From Candidatus Eiseniibacteriota bacterium (GTDB taxonomy: Bacteria; Orphanbacterota; Orphanbacteria; Orphanbacterales; Orphanbacteraceae), in the NCBI GenBank assembly GCA_043809585.1, contig JBDROZ010000025.1, positions 1 through 64,000 of the forward strand: a stretch of DNA of 64,000 nucleotides. The letters are read 5' to 3'. How positions within the stretch are numbered: position 1 is the first letter of the stretch; each line of letters starts with the position of its first letter. Positions 46,102 to 57,150 of this stretch are shown one piece after another. The position numbers were made by a program, and so were the translations under genes. Below the pieces are notes generated by a model. The model saw nothing but the letters and a program-made list of their open reading frames with translations. It made no database searches and was not told the DNA's origin.

Positions 46102-49010
46102 CGAAGTTCCTCTCCGCCGGGGTTCCCCCGGCCGTTCGGGAGTGTTCCCGAAAGAGGGACGCACGACGCCCCTTCGAGCAGCATGCGCCGGATCTCGTCC
46201 GAAGGACGCCCGGGGGCGCCGACGAACTGAACCAAGTACTGGAAACTGTTCGGCGGATAGTACCAGGTGATCGCGGCGAGAGACCTTCCGCCGTCCTCGT
46301 AGGTGGACCAGAACGCCGGCTCGCCGGAGATCGTGGTCCGCCCTTTCTCGGTCTGTCCGGAAAAGAGACGCTCGAGGGTGAGCAGGAGCTTCTCCTCCGC
46401 GAAATCCCCCCGGGAAATGGCGACCATCCCGAGTTCGTCGCCGGCGGCGCCGATCATGCGCGCCTCGAGGCGGTAGGCGAGGAGCGGCCCCTCGGCGCCC
46501 TCGAGGCGCTCCTCGGGAAGCACGGTCCGGTTCATGTTCGCCACGCCGCTTTGCCACGACACGGGCGACGTGAAGCGGAGGCCCGCGAGGGCGTAGTCGA
46601 TCGTGTTCCCCTCCTGGCGGATGTGGCCCGTCAGGGGGTACCTGTTGTACCGGGGGAATGCATCCAGCATCGACTCGAGGATCTCGGACTGGAGATACGA
46701 GTCCCGGTGCCGGGGGGCGCTGAACTCGATGATCGGCAGGTTGTCCGTGTTGATCGGCCCCTCGCCGACGTACTCCCGGGCTTCCTCCTCGCCGAAGAGG
46801 AAGTAGCCCAGAAGCAGGTAGGGCGTCCCCACGTTCACCCTCTCCAGATCCGCGGCCACTTTCGGCATCCTCATGCGCTCCGCCATGACCGACGTGTCGA
46901 TCATCAGCGGGTCCTCGGAGCCGAGAAGGAAAACGTTGTTGTCCACGTTCCACACCTGCACGTAGGGGAATACGGAGAGGAAGGTGCGCACCGTGATTTT
47001 GAAGTCCCGGGGGCTCATGCTGTAGTAGTGGAACCACTGGCAGGCGACCCCCCCCTTTTTCAGACGCTTCTTGTAAAGCTCGTACGACTCCCGAGTGAAA
47101 AGATTCGACACGCCGCTGATCCACGGTTTCGACGGCTCGGAGATGACCACGTCGTAGGTCTCTTCCGAGGCGAGCAGCCGGTTCCGGCCGTCGTCGAGAA
47201 TGACATTCGCCAGCGGGTCCCTGAGGACATCGTCGTGCCAGTCCCTGAAGTAGTCGGCCGCACGCACGACGGCCGGCGAGATCTCGACGCAGTCGGCGCG
47301 GTCCACCGGATGGGTCAGGACCGAGCCGAGGGTGATACCGCTCCCGAGGCCGATGACGAGCACCTTTTTCGGGTTCGGGTGCACGAGCATCGGGATCTGG
47401 GAGACGAGGATCTGGTTCGACATGTCCGAAGCGGTGGACGCCTCGGTCCGCCCGTTGATCTGGAGGAAGAGGTTCTCCGCCTCGAAGCTGACCGCCACGT
47501 TCGCGTAGGTCCCCTCCTCGTAGTAGCGGATGTCGTAGGAGCGGACGAACTCCTGGAACCCCTTCTGCCCCACCTGGTGCAGGGAGTAGCGGGGGCTGTC
47601 GAAGAGACCCGAGTTCAGCATGTACCGGTCCCAGTTCCCCCCGAGGGACGAGGCCGCCGCGAAGACCAGGACCGCCGCGGCCGAAAGCCCCAAGCGGAGC
47701 GGCCGGCCGGGCCGGGGCAGGAGCATCAGGATCATCACCGCCACGGTGATGTTGACCGCCGAGGCGGCCAGGATCGTCTTCTGGGTCCCCACCAGGGGGA
47801 GGAAGACGAAGCCGGCGAGAAAAGACCCCGCAATGGCGCCCACCGTGTTGCTCGCGTAGACGGTGCCGACGCTCCGGGCCACCCGGTCGAGACGGCTCGT
47901 GAACGCCTTCGCGGCGAGGGGGAGCGTCGCGCCGATGAAGAGGGTCGGCAGGAACATGACAACCACGCAGAGCAGGAACTCGGCGATCTGGAAGACCCAG
48001 AACGAACCTCCCATCTTCCCGAAGAGGATCAGGAAGAGCATGGGGAGGCGGTCGAGGAGGGGCGTCACGCCGAGCACGCCGAAGGCGACGCACACCTGGA
48101 CCACCGCGAAGGCGGCGAATGGGCGATCGAGACGGTCGGCCAGTTTGGAGATGATCATGCTTCCGATGGCGATGCCGAGGAGGAAGGTGGTCAGCATGGC
48201 GGTGAAGGCGTAGACCGAGCTGCCGAGGACGAGGGAGAGCAGCCGGGTCCATGCCACCTCGTAGGTGAGAGAGGCGAACCCGGAAAGGGCGATGCCGGCG
48301 AGGATCGCGCCGTGGAGGACGGGGAGCTTTCCCCCCTCCACCGAGGTCTCCTCCGCGGGCGACGGCTCCCGGGGACCTTCGGACCGCCAGAGGGAGAAGG
48401 CGAGAAGGGCGACCACGCCGTTCACGGCCGCCGCCGCCACCGTGGTGGCGAAGACACCGATCGTTCCGATCAGCAGGTATCCGGTCAGGAAGGTGCCGGC
48501 CACGGCGCCGAAGGTGTTGACGCCGTAGAGGCGCCCCACTCCCGAGCCGAGCCGGTCCATGCGGCGCACCACGTAGCGCGAGAGGAGCGGGAGGGTGGCC
48601 CCCATGAACGTGGTGGGCAGCACGAGCACCGTCGCGCAGAGGAGGAAACGGACCAGGCTCATCATGTAGAAGCTGCCGCCCACGGACCGGGCGGTGAGCG
48701 TGTAGACCGTCGTGACGCCCTGGAAGAGGAGCGGGATCAGCAGGCAGTAGACGCCGATGCCGAGCTCGAGCCAGGCGTAGAGCCGGAGCGTGTCCCCCCG
48801 GCGATCGGCGATCCGGCCGAAGAGCCAGCTGCCGAGGGCGAGCCCCCCCATGAATGCGGCGAGCACGGTGGAGACGGCGAAGGAGGTGGTGCCGAAGACG
48901 AGCGAGAGTTGGCGGATCCAAAGCACCTCGTAGGCGAGGCCCGCCATGCCGGAGAGAAAGAAACAGAGAAATACGATCGTCGAGGCCTGCCGCTCTTTCG
49001 CCGATTCCAT
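46098..49010 (-). CDS. Fused MFS-like/spermidine synthase-family protein with extra C-terminal domain
   Basis: Two TM repeats SG...L.YEV.W.R.L.LV.G...(YG/YA).NT.GA..G; SAM domain LVIGLGSGITLG, VEIS, DDGR, YDVVISEPS.PW, NTDNLP.IEF. Confidence 0.88.
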   Translation of the reverse strand: MESAKERQASTIVFLCFFLSGMAGLAYEVLWIRQLSLVFGTTSFAVSTVLAAFMGGLALGSWLFGRIADRRGDTLRLYAWLELGIGVYCLLIPLLFQGVTTVYTLTARSVGGSFYMMSLVRFLLCATVLVLPTTFMGATLPLLSRYVVRRMDRLGSGVGRLYGVNTFGAVAGTFLTGYLLIGTIGVFATTVAAAAVNGVVALLAFSLWRSEGPREPSPAEETSVEGGKLPVLHGAILAGIALSGFASLTYEVAWTRLLSLVLGSSVYAFTAMLTTFLLGIAIGSMIISKLADRLDRPFAAFAVVQVCVAFGVLGVTPLLDRLPMLFLILFGKMGGSFWVFQIAEFLLCVVVMFLPTLFIGATLPLAAKAFTSRLDRVARSVGTVYASNTVGAIAGSFLAGFVFLPLVGTQKTILAASAVNITVAVMILMLLPRPGRPLRLGLSAAAVLVFAAASSLGGNWDRYMLNSGLFDSPRYSLHQVGQKGFQEFVRSYDIRYYEEGTYANVAVSFEAENLFLQINGRTEASTASDMSNQILVSQIPMLVHPNPKKVLVIGLGSGITLGSVLTHPVDRADCVEISPAVVRAADYFRDWHDDVLRDPLANVILDDGRNRLLASEETYDVVISEPSKPWISGVSNLFTRESYELYKKRLKKGGVACQWFHYYSMSPRDFKITVRTFLSVFPYVQVWNVDNNVFLLGSEDPLMIDTSVMAERMRMPKVAADLERVNVGTPYLLLGYFLFGEEEAREYVGEGPINTDNLPIIEFSAPRHRDSYLQSEILESMLDAFPRYNRYPLTGHIRQEGNTIDYALAGLRFTSPVSWQSGVANMNRTVLPEERLEGAEGPLLAYRLEARMIGAAGDELGMVAISRGDFAEEKLLLTLERLFSGQTEKGRTTISGEPAFWSTYEDGGRSLAAITWYYPPNSFQYLVQFVGAPGRPSDEIRRMLLEGASCVPLSGTLPNGRGNPGGEELR

Positions 49011-49017
49011 TCTGTCC

Positions 49018-49476
49018 TTACCCCTCTCCCGTCGGTTCGCCGCCGGCCGTTCCGATCCGATGGGCCGCGTACAGCTTCTCTTCCAGCTCTCTCATGCGCC
49101 CCCCGTCCTCCTCCCCGTCGTGGGTGTGCCCGACGAGGTGGAGGAGGCCGTGGATCATCAGCCGGGTGAGCTCCTCCTCCAGGGAGACGCCCCGCTCCGC
49201 CGCCTGGCGCCCCGCCGTCTCCACGGAGATGAAGACGTCGCCGATGACGCCTCCGCTCATCTCGTCATTGTAGCAGGAGAAGGAGAGGACGTCGGTGGGC
49301 AAGTCGATCTTCCGGTAGTCCCGGTTCAGCTCCCGGATCCGGTCGTCGGACACGAAGACGACGCTCGCCTCGCCGGAGGGGCCGACCAGAGAAGTCAGGA
49401 TCCGTTCGGCGGTCCCGCGGAACGACTCCGTATCGACCTCAACGTTTCTCTGGAGATTTTCCGAGTAGACCTCCAA
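49018..49476 (-). CDS. ybeY: rRNA maturation endoribonuclease YbeY
   Basis: LNRDYRK.D.PTDVLSF, GDVFIS, HGLLHLVGHTH. Confidence 0.95.
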   Translation of the reverse strand: MEVYSENLQRNVEVDTESFRGTAERILTSLVGPSGEASVVFVSDDRIRELNRDYRKIDLPTDVLSFSCYNDEMSGGVIGDVFISVETAGRQAAERGVSLEEELTRLMIHGLLHLVGHTHDGEEDGGRMRELEEKLYAAHRIGTAGGEPTGEG

Positions 49477-51721
49477 CCGCGAAACGGTCCTCCTCGCGCC
49501 GGACTTCGTCCGGGTAGCGAATCCGGGAGTGCATGGAGCTGGTCAGGATCGGCACGAAGCTCTCTTGAATGAGCCGGAGCTCCCGGAAAGTCAAATCGCA
49601 ATCGTCGAGCTGGCCTTCGGCGAACTTCGCGTTCGTCACTTCGATGATGCGCTGACGAATGCGCCCGGGCGTCGGATCCACCAGGGCCCGGGTGGAGGCT
49701 TCCGAGACGTCGGCGAGCATGATGATGCCGTTCTCCTTCGTCCTCGGCTTCGGCCCGGGGTACCGGAACTCCCCCTCGGGCACTTCGGCGTCCGGCGCGG
49801 CCTGGGACGCCTTGTCGTAGAAGAACGCCATCAGCGTGGTGCCGTGGTGCTCCCGGATCGCGTCTTGGATCTCCGCGGGGAGCCGCTCCTTCCGGGCCAT
49901 CTCCATGCCCTCCCGGACGTGGGAGATGAGCACCAGGGCGGAGAGTTTCGGCGACAGGCGGTCGTGCTTGTTCTCCCGCCCCACCTGGTTCTCCACGAAG
50001 TACTCGGGCTTGGTCATCTTCCCGATGTCGTGGTAGTAGGCGCCGACCCGGGCGAGCAGCGAGTTCGCCCGGATCCTCTCCGCCGCCGACTCGGCCAGAT
50101 TCCCCACCATCAGCGAGTGGTGGTACGTGCCCGGGGCCCGGAGGGAGAGGGTCTTCAAGATCGGCCGGTTCAGGTCGGAGAGCTCGAGCAGGGTGATGTT
50201 CGTGGTCACCCCGAAGAGGGGCTCGAAGAGGGGCAGGAGGATCATGGCCACCCCCGCGCTGCCGAAGGCGGAGAGGAGGCCGAAGCCGATCTTCCGGAGG
50301 GTCTCGAGGTTCGGCGTGAGATGGAGGAAGTCGGACGCGCCGATGGCGATCACGTACGCCGCCCCGACGTAGAGGAGAGAGCGCCAGAAGCCGCTCCGCT
50401 CCCGGACCCCCGCCACGCCGTAGACGGCGGTGGCCCCCGCGGTCCCGAGGGTGAAGATGAGGGGGAGCTGCAGCCCCTCGACGAGGGAGATCGTCAGAAC
50501 CCACGCCCCCGTCAGGGCGATGCCCACGTGGTCGTCGAAAAGCAGGGTGGCGAGCATCCCGACGAGCACCACCGGCATCAGATAGGGCGAGAGGCCGAGG
50601 GCGCCGAAGAGCGCCGAGAGGCCGATTCCGATCAGCCCGATGGTGGAGAGAAGCAGGAGGAGCTTGTCCCTGGCGAAGATATTCCGGCGGTGGCGCCGGA
50701 GGAAGGCGAGGAAGAGGGTGACCACCGTGAGGGAGGCGAGGAGCCGGCCGAGATGGGGGTAGATCCGCTGCCACGGGACCGTCTCGATCCGCTCCTCGGC
50801 CCACTTCTTCTCGAGGGACCGGAGGACCATGACGTGGTTTCTCGTCACCCGCTCGTGGGCGCCGATGATCTTCTGACCCTCGAGGTAGAGTTCGGTATGG
50901 GGCAGGACCGCCTCCCGCCGCGTCTGCCGCCTCACCTCGGTCTCCCGGACGTCGTAGAAGAGGTTCGGACCGGCGAAGTGGGTGACCACTTCGTAGAAGG
51001 TGGTGAGCAGGGCCCGGTTCTCGCCGAACACCTCCCGGCCCCGCTCTGTGGCGAGGTTGGAAAGCTCGTCCACGTCGACGAAGTTGTCGAGCCCGAGGGT
51101 GTACTCCTCGCCGTCCCGCTGGAGCGTGATCCGGTCGTACCCCTGATCGGTGAAGACCGACTTGTCGGCCAAGATGCCCTGGTCCAGGACGTCCTGGAAG
51201 AAGGAGACGGTCTCGAGGCGCAGGCGGTTTTCGCACGCCATGTCGAGGAGCACGTTCCGGGCGGACTCGGTGAGGGGGACGCCCAGCTCGCTGATCATGC
51301 GGTGCTGGTCCTCCGCCTCCCCTTCCGTGTCGATGACGCGCTCCACGGCGAGGAAGAAGTCCCGGACCCTGAGCTCCATCTCCCGGGTCGTCTCGTCGCC
51401 GACGCGCGCCACCGGCAGCTCTTTGGCCGCTTCCTCCGCCTGCTCCCGGCGGTACTCCTCCTCCGGCTTCAGCACGTGGAAGTCGAAGGGGGCGAGGATG
51501 TCCTCCTTGACGATAACCCCTTCGGCGGGGACGAAGACCTGGCTCGTGCCGAGGGGGAGATAGAGGGCGAGGACGACCCCCACCGTGAGGGCGGCGATCC
51601 CGACCCGCGCCGCGGAGACCCGCGCCTCCGACGGCGCCGGCGAGAACCGGACGGAGTTCTTCCGGTCCTTTCCTTTTTTCGAGAAAGCCGATGAGGCCAC
51701 GCGGAAGGGGAAAATCTTCAT
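49439..51721 (-). CDS. pgpH: 7TM-HD (HDIG) phosphohydrolase, PgpH-like c-di-AMP phosphodiesterase
   Basis: N-terminal TM, extracellular domain, 7 TMs, LLELSDLN.P, APGTYHHS, YYHDIGK, F.ENQ, HHGT, FRYPGPKP, MLAD, H.RI.YP. Confidence 0.9.
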   Translation of the reverse strand: MKIFPFRVASSAFSKKGKDRKNSVRFSPAPSEARVSAARVGIAALTVGVVLALYLPLGTSQVFVPAEGVIVKEDILAPFDFHVLKPEEEYRREQAEEAAKELPVARVGDETTREMELRVRDFFLAVERVIDTEGEAEDQHRMISELGVPLTESARNVLLDMACENRLRLETVSFFQDVLDQGILADKSVFTDQGYDRITLQRDGEEYTLGLDNFVDVDELSNLATERGREVFGENRALLTTFYEVVTHFAGPNLFYDVRETEVRRQTRREAVLPHTELYLEGQKIIGAHERVTRNHVMVLRSLEKKWAEERIETVPWQRIYPHLGRLLASLTVVTLFLAFLRRHRRNIFARDKLLLLLSTIGLIGIGLSALFGALGLSPYLMPVVLVGMLATLLFDDHVGIALTGAWVLTISLVEGLQLPLIFTLGTAGATAVYGVAGVRERSGFWRSLLYVGAAYVIAIGASDFLHLTPNLETLRKIGFGLLSAFGSAGVAMILLPLFEPLFGVTTNITLLELSDLNRPILKTLSLRAPGTYHHSLMVGNLAESAAERIRANSLLARVGAYYHDIGKMTKPEYFVENQVGRENKHDRLSPKLSALVLISHVREGMEMARKERLPAEIQDAIREHHGTTLMAFFYDKASQAAPDAEVPEGEFRYPGPKPRTKENGIIMLADVSEASTRALVDPTPGRIRQRIIEVTNAKFAEGQLDDCDLTFRELRLIQESFVPILTSSMHSRIRYPDEVRREEDRFAVGGLLGKSPEKR

Positions 51722-52734
51722 CCCTCGCCCCGCTCTCCCACCCCGCCGCCGTTCCCGGCCTCCGGAGACGAACCGGAGGAGGAATGATTGGCGAAGGCGC
51801 GGATGATGCGCTGGACCAGGTAGTGGCGCACCACGTCCCGGTCCGTGAAATAGCAGAATCGGATCTCGGGAATGTCCTTCAAGATCGGCTGGATCTTGAT
51901 CAGCCCCGAGTCGGCGGGGACCGGCAGATCGACCTGAGTGACGTCCCCCGTGATGACCGCCCGGGAGTTGTTCCCGAGACGGGTCAAGAACATCTTCATC
52001 TGCCCAATGGTCGTGTTCTGCGCCTCGTCGAGAATCACGAAGGCGTCATTCAGGGTGCGCCCCCGCATGTAGGCGAGGGGCGCGACCTCCAGGATCCCCA
52101 TCTCGAAGGACCGCTGGATCCGATCGGCGCCCATGAGGTCGTGTAGTGCATCATAGAGAGGGCGCAGGTAGGGATCAACTTTTTCCTGAAAGTCCCCGGG
52201 CAGGTAGCCGAGGTTCTCCCCCGCCTCGACGGCAGGCCGGACGAGCACGATCCGGTTCTTCTCCCGCGCCCGGATGGCCGAGACCGCCGCCGCAACGGCG
52301 AGGTAGGTCTTGCCCGTCCCCGCGGGCCCGACGGCGAAGACGATGTCGTACTTCTCGAGGGCCCGGACGTAGTCTTCCTGGTTGTGGGTCTTCGGCTTCA
52401 CCGACTTCTTCAGATGGAAGTAGCTCTTCCGCGGCTCGTAGAGGTCGGCGATGCCGTTGCCGTTATCCTCGAGGGCGAGGCTCACGGCGTACCGGACGTC
52501 CGTGTCCTGCAGGATCTTCCCCTGCTTCACGAGCGAGACGAGGTCGAGGAGGAGCGACTCGAGTCTGCGCACGTGCCCCTCGACCCCCTCGATGTAGATG
52601 TCGCCCCCCCGGGCGACCAACTGCACGTCGGGGAAGGAGTCCTGGATCAGGCGCAGGTTCTTGTCGTTCTGCCCGAAAAGATGAAGAGGATCCACCTCGA
52701 CGAGGTGAATCCTTTTGACGATGACGGCTCCCAC
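51718..52734 (-). CDS. phoH: PhoH-family ATPase (YbeZ-like)
   Basis: GPAGTGKTYLA, RPAVEAGE.LGYLPGD, PYLRPLYDAL, APLAYMRGRTL, ILDEAQN, GDVTQVDLP, DVVRH.LV. Confidence 0.96.
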   Translation of the reverse strand: MGAVIVKRIHLVEVDPLHLFGQNDKNLRLIQDSFPDVQLVARGGDIYIEGVEGHVRRLESLLLDLVSLVKQGKILQDTDVRYAVSLALEDNGNGIADLYEPRKSYFHLKKSVKPKTHNQEDYVRALEKYDIVFAVGPAGTGKTYLAVAAAVSAIRAREKNRIVLVRPAVEAGENLGYLPGDFQEKVDPYLRPLYDALHDLMGADRIQRSFEMGILEVAPLAYMRGRTLNDAFVILDEAQNTTIGQMKMFLTRLGNNSRAVITGDVTQVDLPVPADSGLIKIQPILKDIPEIRFCYFTDRDVVRHYLVQRIIRAFANHSSSGSSPEAGNGGGVGERGEG

Positions 52735-52800
52735 CTGGAGCGGAACCCCCTTCCGGGATCGACCCGGGTCGATCCCCCGTCCGGCGCGGACGGACGATTC

Positions 52801-52830
52801 AATCTAAGTCAATTCACGAGAATCTGTCAA
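52801..52830 (-). promoter_or_regulatory. sigma70 promoter of the phoH operon
   Basis: TTGACA-18 bp-TAGATT, immediately adjacent to MITE-like copy 2. Confidence 0.65.
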
Positions 52831-52832
52831 TC

Positions 52833-53105
52833 TACCCTGGACGAGGCGATGGTTTTCTGCTGCGGGCTCGGCTCGCGGGCTACGAGGCCTCCGTTCCTTC
52901 GCCGCTTGCTCAACCGGGCCCGTCGGGCGCTTTTGACTCATCGCGACGGCTAGGAGTGATAAGTGTTAGCGCCCGGAGGGAGGATCTTCAGGCCACGCAC
53001 CTGGCGCCGGGAGTACCCGGAGCGCGGAAGCGCGAAGGGTGCAAGTCGGCCTCTCGCCGCGCGATCCGCGCCCTCGCGACGAAAACCCTCACCTCGTCCA
53101 GGGTA
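52833..53105. mobile_element. MITE-like element copy 2 (TA-flanked, 25-bp TIR)
   Basis: TACCCTGGACGAGGCGATGGTTTTC ... GAAAACCCTCACCTCGTCCAGGGTA (2 mismatches); arms align with 3691-3871 (GCCTCC.TTCCTTCGCCGC; CAAGTC.GC.TCTCG....GCGATCCG.GCCCTCG.GACG). Confidence 0.72.
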
Positions 53106-53252
53106 TCGAATCCACGCTCTATTACCTTGACCATCTGTCGAAGGTCGAACTACGACACAGACCGCCATTATGACAGGAAAGCCGAAGACAGGAGAAACTG
53201 GGCAATGCCGATCTCTCTAACCTATTTAACAACAAATGGTAAGGGGCTTCGC

Positions 53253-54044
53253 TCAGTCTCCGGCGAGGTGCCCGGCCTTACGGAGGGTTCTGACGTGGTC
53301 TTCGGTGAAGAAGAAATAATTGACGCTCCGGACCGCCTTTTCGCGGCGGACGAGCCCCCCGGGGGAGATCCAGTACGGCTCGTATCCGAGGGAGGCGAGG
53401 AAGGCGAATAGTTCGCCGGTGCTCGATTCGGGATCGTCCGGGTTCCGGGAGACCTCGATCAGGAGGGCGGGCTTCCACTTTTCGAGGGTCCGACGGGCGC
53501 CGTGCGCGACGGGAAGTTCGTGGCCCTCCACGTCGATCTTGATGAAGCGGATCGGCTTGGTGTTCTCGGGAAGGGCGTCGTCCATGCAGCGGAGGGGGAC
53601 GGTGAACTCCTGGCCGGGGGACCCGAGCTTCTTTCCCTCGGCGACGAAGGACTGGTAGTAGTTGCCGCCGCCGTCCCGGTAGGAGGGGCACTTCATGAGA
53701 CCTTCCCCCCGCCGGTCGGAGAGGGCGAGCGGGTAGGCTTTCACGTTCGCCACGTCGAGTCGGGCGAGGCAGGAGAGGAGCACCCGGTAGGTGTGAATGA
53801 CGGGCTCGAAGCTGTGCACTTCCCCCTCGGCCCCGACGAGGTTGGACAAGAGGCGGGTGTAGATGCCGAAGTTGGCCCCCACGTCGACGGCGCCGTCCCC
53901 TTCCTTCAGGAGGGGGGGGATGGGGGCGAATTCGGGTTCCTCGTCCATGGGGAGATGCCGGAGAAGGCGGCAGTAGCGCCGGGCCTTCATGCGGATGAGA
54001 AGAAACTCGGGGGCGCTCTGGAGGACGAGAGATTTGAGGCTCAT
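53253..54044 (-). CDS. FkbM-family methyltransferase
   Basis: VDVGANFG.Y, VHSFEP, ALSD, FIKIDVEGHE..V..GA; start MSLKS with GAGG SD. Confidence 0.9.
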   Translation of the reverse strand: MSLKSLVLQSAPEFLLIRMKARRYCRLLRHLPMDEEPEFAPIPPLLKEGDGAVDVGANFGIYTRLLSNLVGAEGEVHSFEPVIHTYRVLLSCLARLDVANVKAYPLALSDRRGEGLMKCPSYRDGGGNYYQSFVAEGKKLGSPGQEFTVPLRCMDDALPENTKPIRFIKIDVEGHELPVAHGARRTLEKWKPALLIEVSRNPDDPESSTGELFAFLASLGYEPYWISPGGLVRREKAVRSVNYFFFTEDHVRTLRKAGHLAGD

Positions 54045-54088
54045 GGTTTTCCTCGGGATCGGGCCGACGATCACCTTTCTACTATAAG

Positions 54089-54166
54089 GAGTTTGGGGGA
54101 CACAATACTTAATTCCGAGTTCGGGGGACACAATACTCAATGGGAGTTCGGTATTGTGTCCCCCCG
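54089..54166. repeat. REP-like cluster: GGGGGACACAATAC, two direct copies and one inverted
   Basis: GAGTT(T/C)GGGGGACACAATACT(T/C)AAT at 54089 and 54117; GTATTGTGTCCCCC at 54151. Confidence 0.85.
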
Positions 54167-54336
54167 ATTCTTCCTGTCCCCCTCCGGACGGATATGGCGC
54201 GCGAGCACAACTGCTCCAAGGTGCAGAGGAGGAGTCCAAGGAGAATGGAACTTTGGAATGAGCGAATCCTTACCTCCTTCCTTATCTTGTAAGAGAGACA
54301 TCCGCGGTCCCCCCGTCGAGAAAGGACCCACCACTC

Positions 54337-56379
<2,043 letters not shown>

Positions 56380-56413
56380 CGAAGAGCCGGTCGGGTGGTC
56401 CTCTCGTCCTAGT

Positions 56414-56965
56414 ACGGGCGGGGCCTGTCCGGGGCGTGGGTGGGGGGATGGCGGCGCAGACAAGCCGTCCGCGCCTACGCGATCTTCCGATGGCAAACCT
56501 CGAACTCAACGGCGCTCCCGGCAACTCGCCGCTTCATCCCCCCACCCAACACCCCGGCCACCCGCCCGTGGCATGGTATTCTCAACAAGGAATGCCGAAT
56601 TCAAACCCAGTGATACCGTTTGTCCTGAGTAGCTCGTGAACGAAGTGAACGAGCGTATCGAAGCCTGTCCTGAGCCTGTCGAAGGGGGCCGACCGGATCT
56701 TCGCAGGGAGGAGAAGAGAGGCGTCCGCCCACCTGGATCTGCGGAGGTCTGTGGTATTCCTACCGCACCTGCTCCCGGCCACCCGCCCGTGGCAGGGCAA
56801 TCTCAGCAAGGACTACTGACCGGATCTTCGTAGGGAGAGAGAGACGTCCGCCCATCTGGGCGCTCGAAGAAGAGCAGCGTTTGTGCCGCGCGCTGGTTCC
56901 CCCCCGTTCGCCCTGAGTGATCCGACCGGAGGGAGGATCGTATCGAAGGGGGAACCGGGGAGAAG
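56414..56965 (+). repeat. Left mosaic repeat block: 156-bp hairpin element A plus REP-like B and C modules
   Basis: A (56414-56569): ACGGGCGG..CCGGGG.GTGGGTGGGGGGATG/CATCCCCCCACCCA..ACCCCGG..CCGCCCGT. B: CCGTT.G.CCTGAG...CGTATCGAAG at about 56616 and 56904. C: GA(G)GCGTCCGCCCA...AGAAGAGCAGCGT.TGTG. Confidence 0.85.
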
Positions 56966-57012
56966 CCCCGGAAGACGCCGATACCATACCTATTGTGATA
57001 TGGCATGACAAG

Positions 57013-57076
57013 GGGACAGACACTCCGCACGCAAGCCATCCAGCCACGCCTCGCACCGGAGCGGAGTGTCTGTCCC
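57013..57076. repeat. 16-bp perfect inverted repeat (REP-like; may also act as a terminator)
   Basis: GGGACAGACACTCCGC ... GCGGAGTGTCTGTCCC. Confidence 0.85.
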
Positions 57077-57150
57077 GACAAGAGTTGGCAGGCAGGCCGC
57101 CCGGGGAGACACAGGTGCCTGTCGCCGGGTTACCAGTCTAAGATTGCTCT

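Noticed and set aside
54089-54166. GGGGGACACAATAC repeats as a mini-CRISPR
   Set aside because: Only a 28-bp period, the third copy is inverted, and there are no spacer-length unique sequences.
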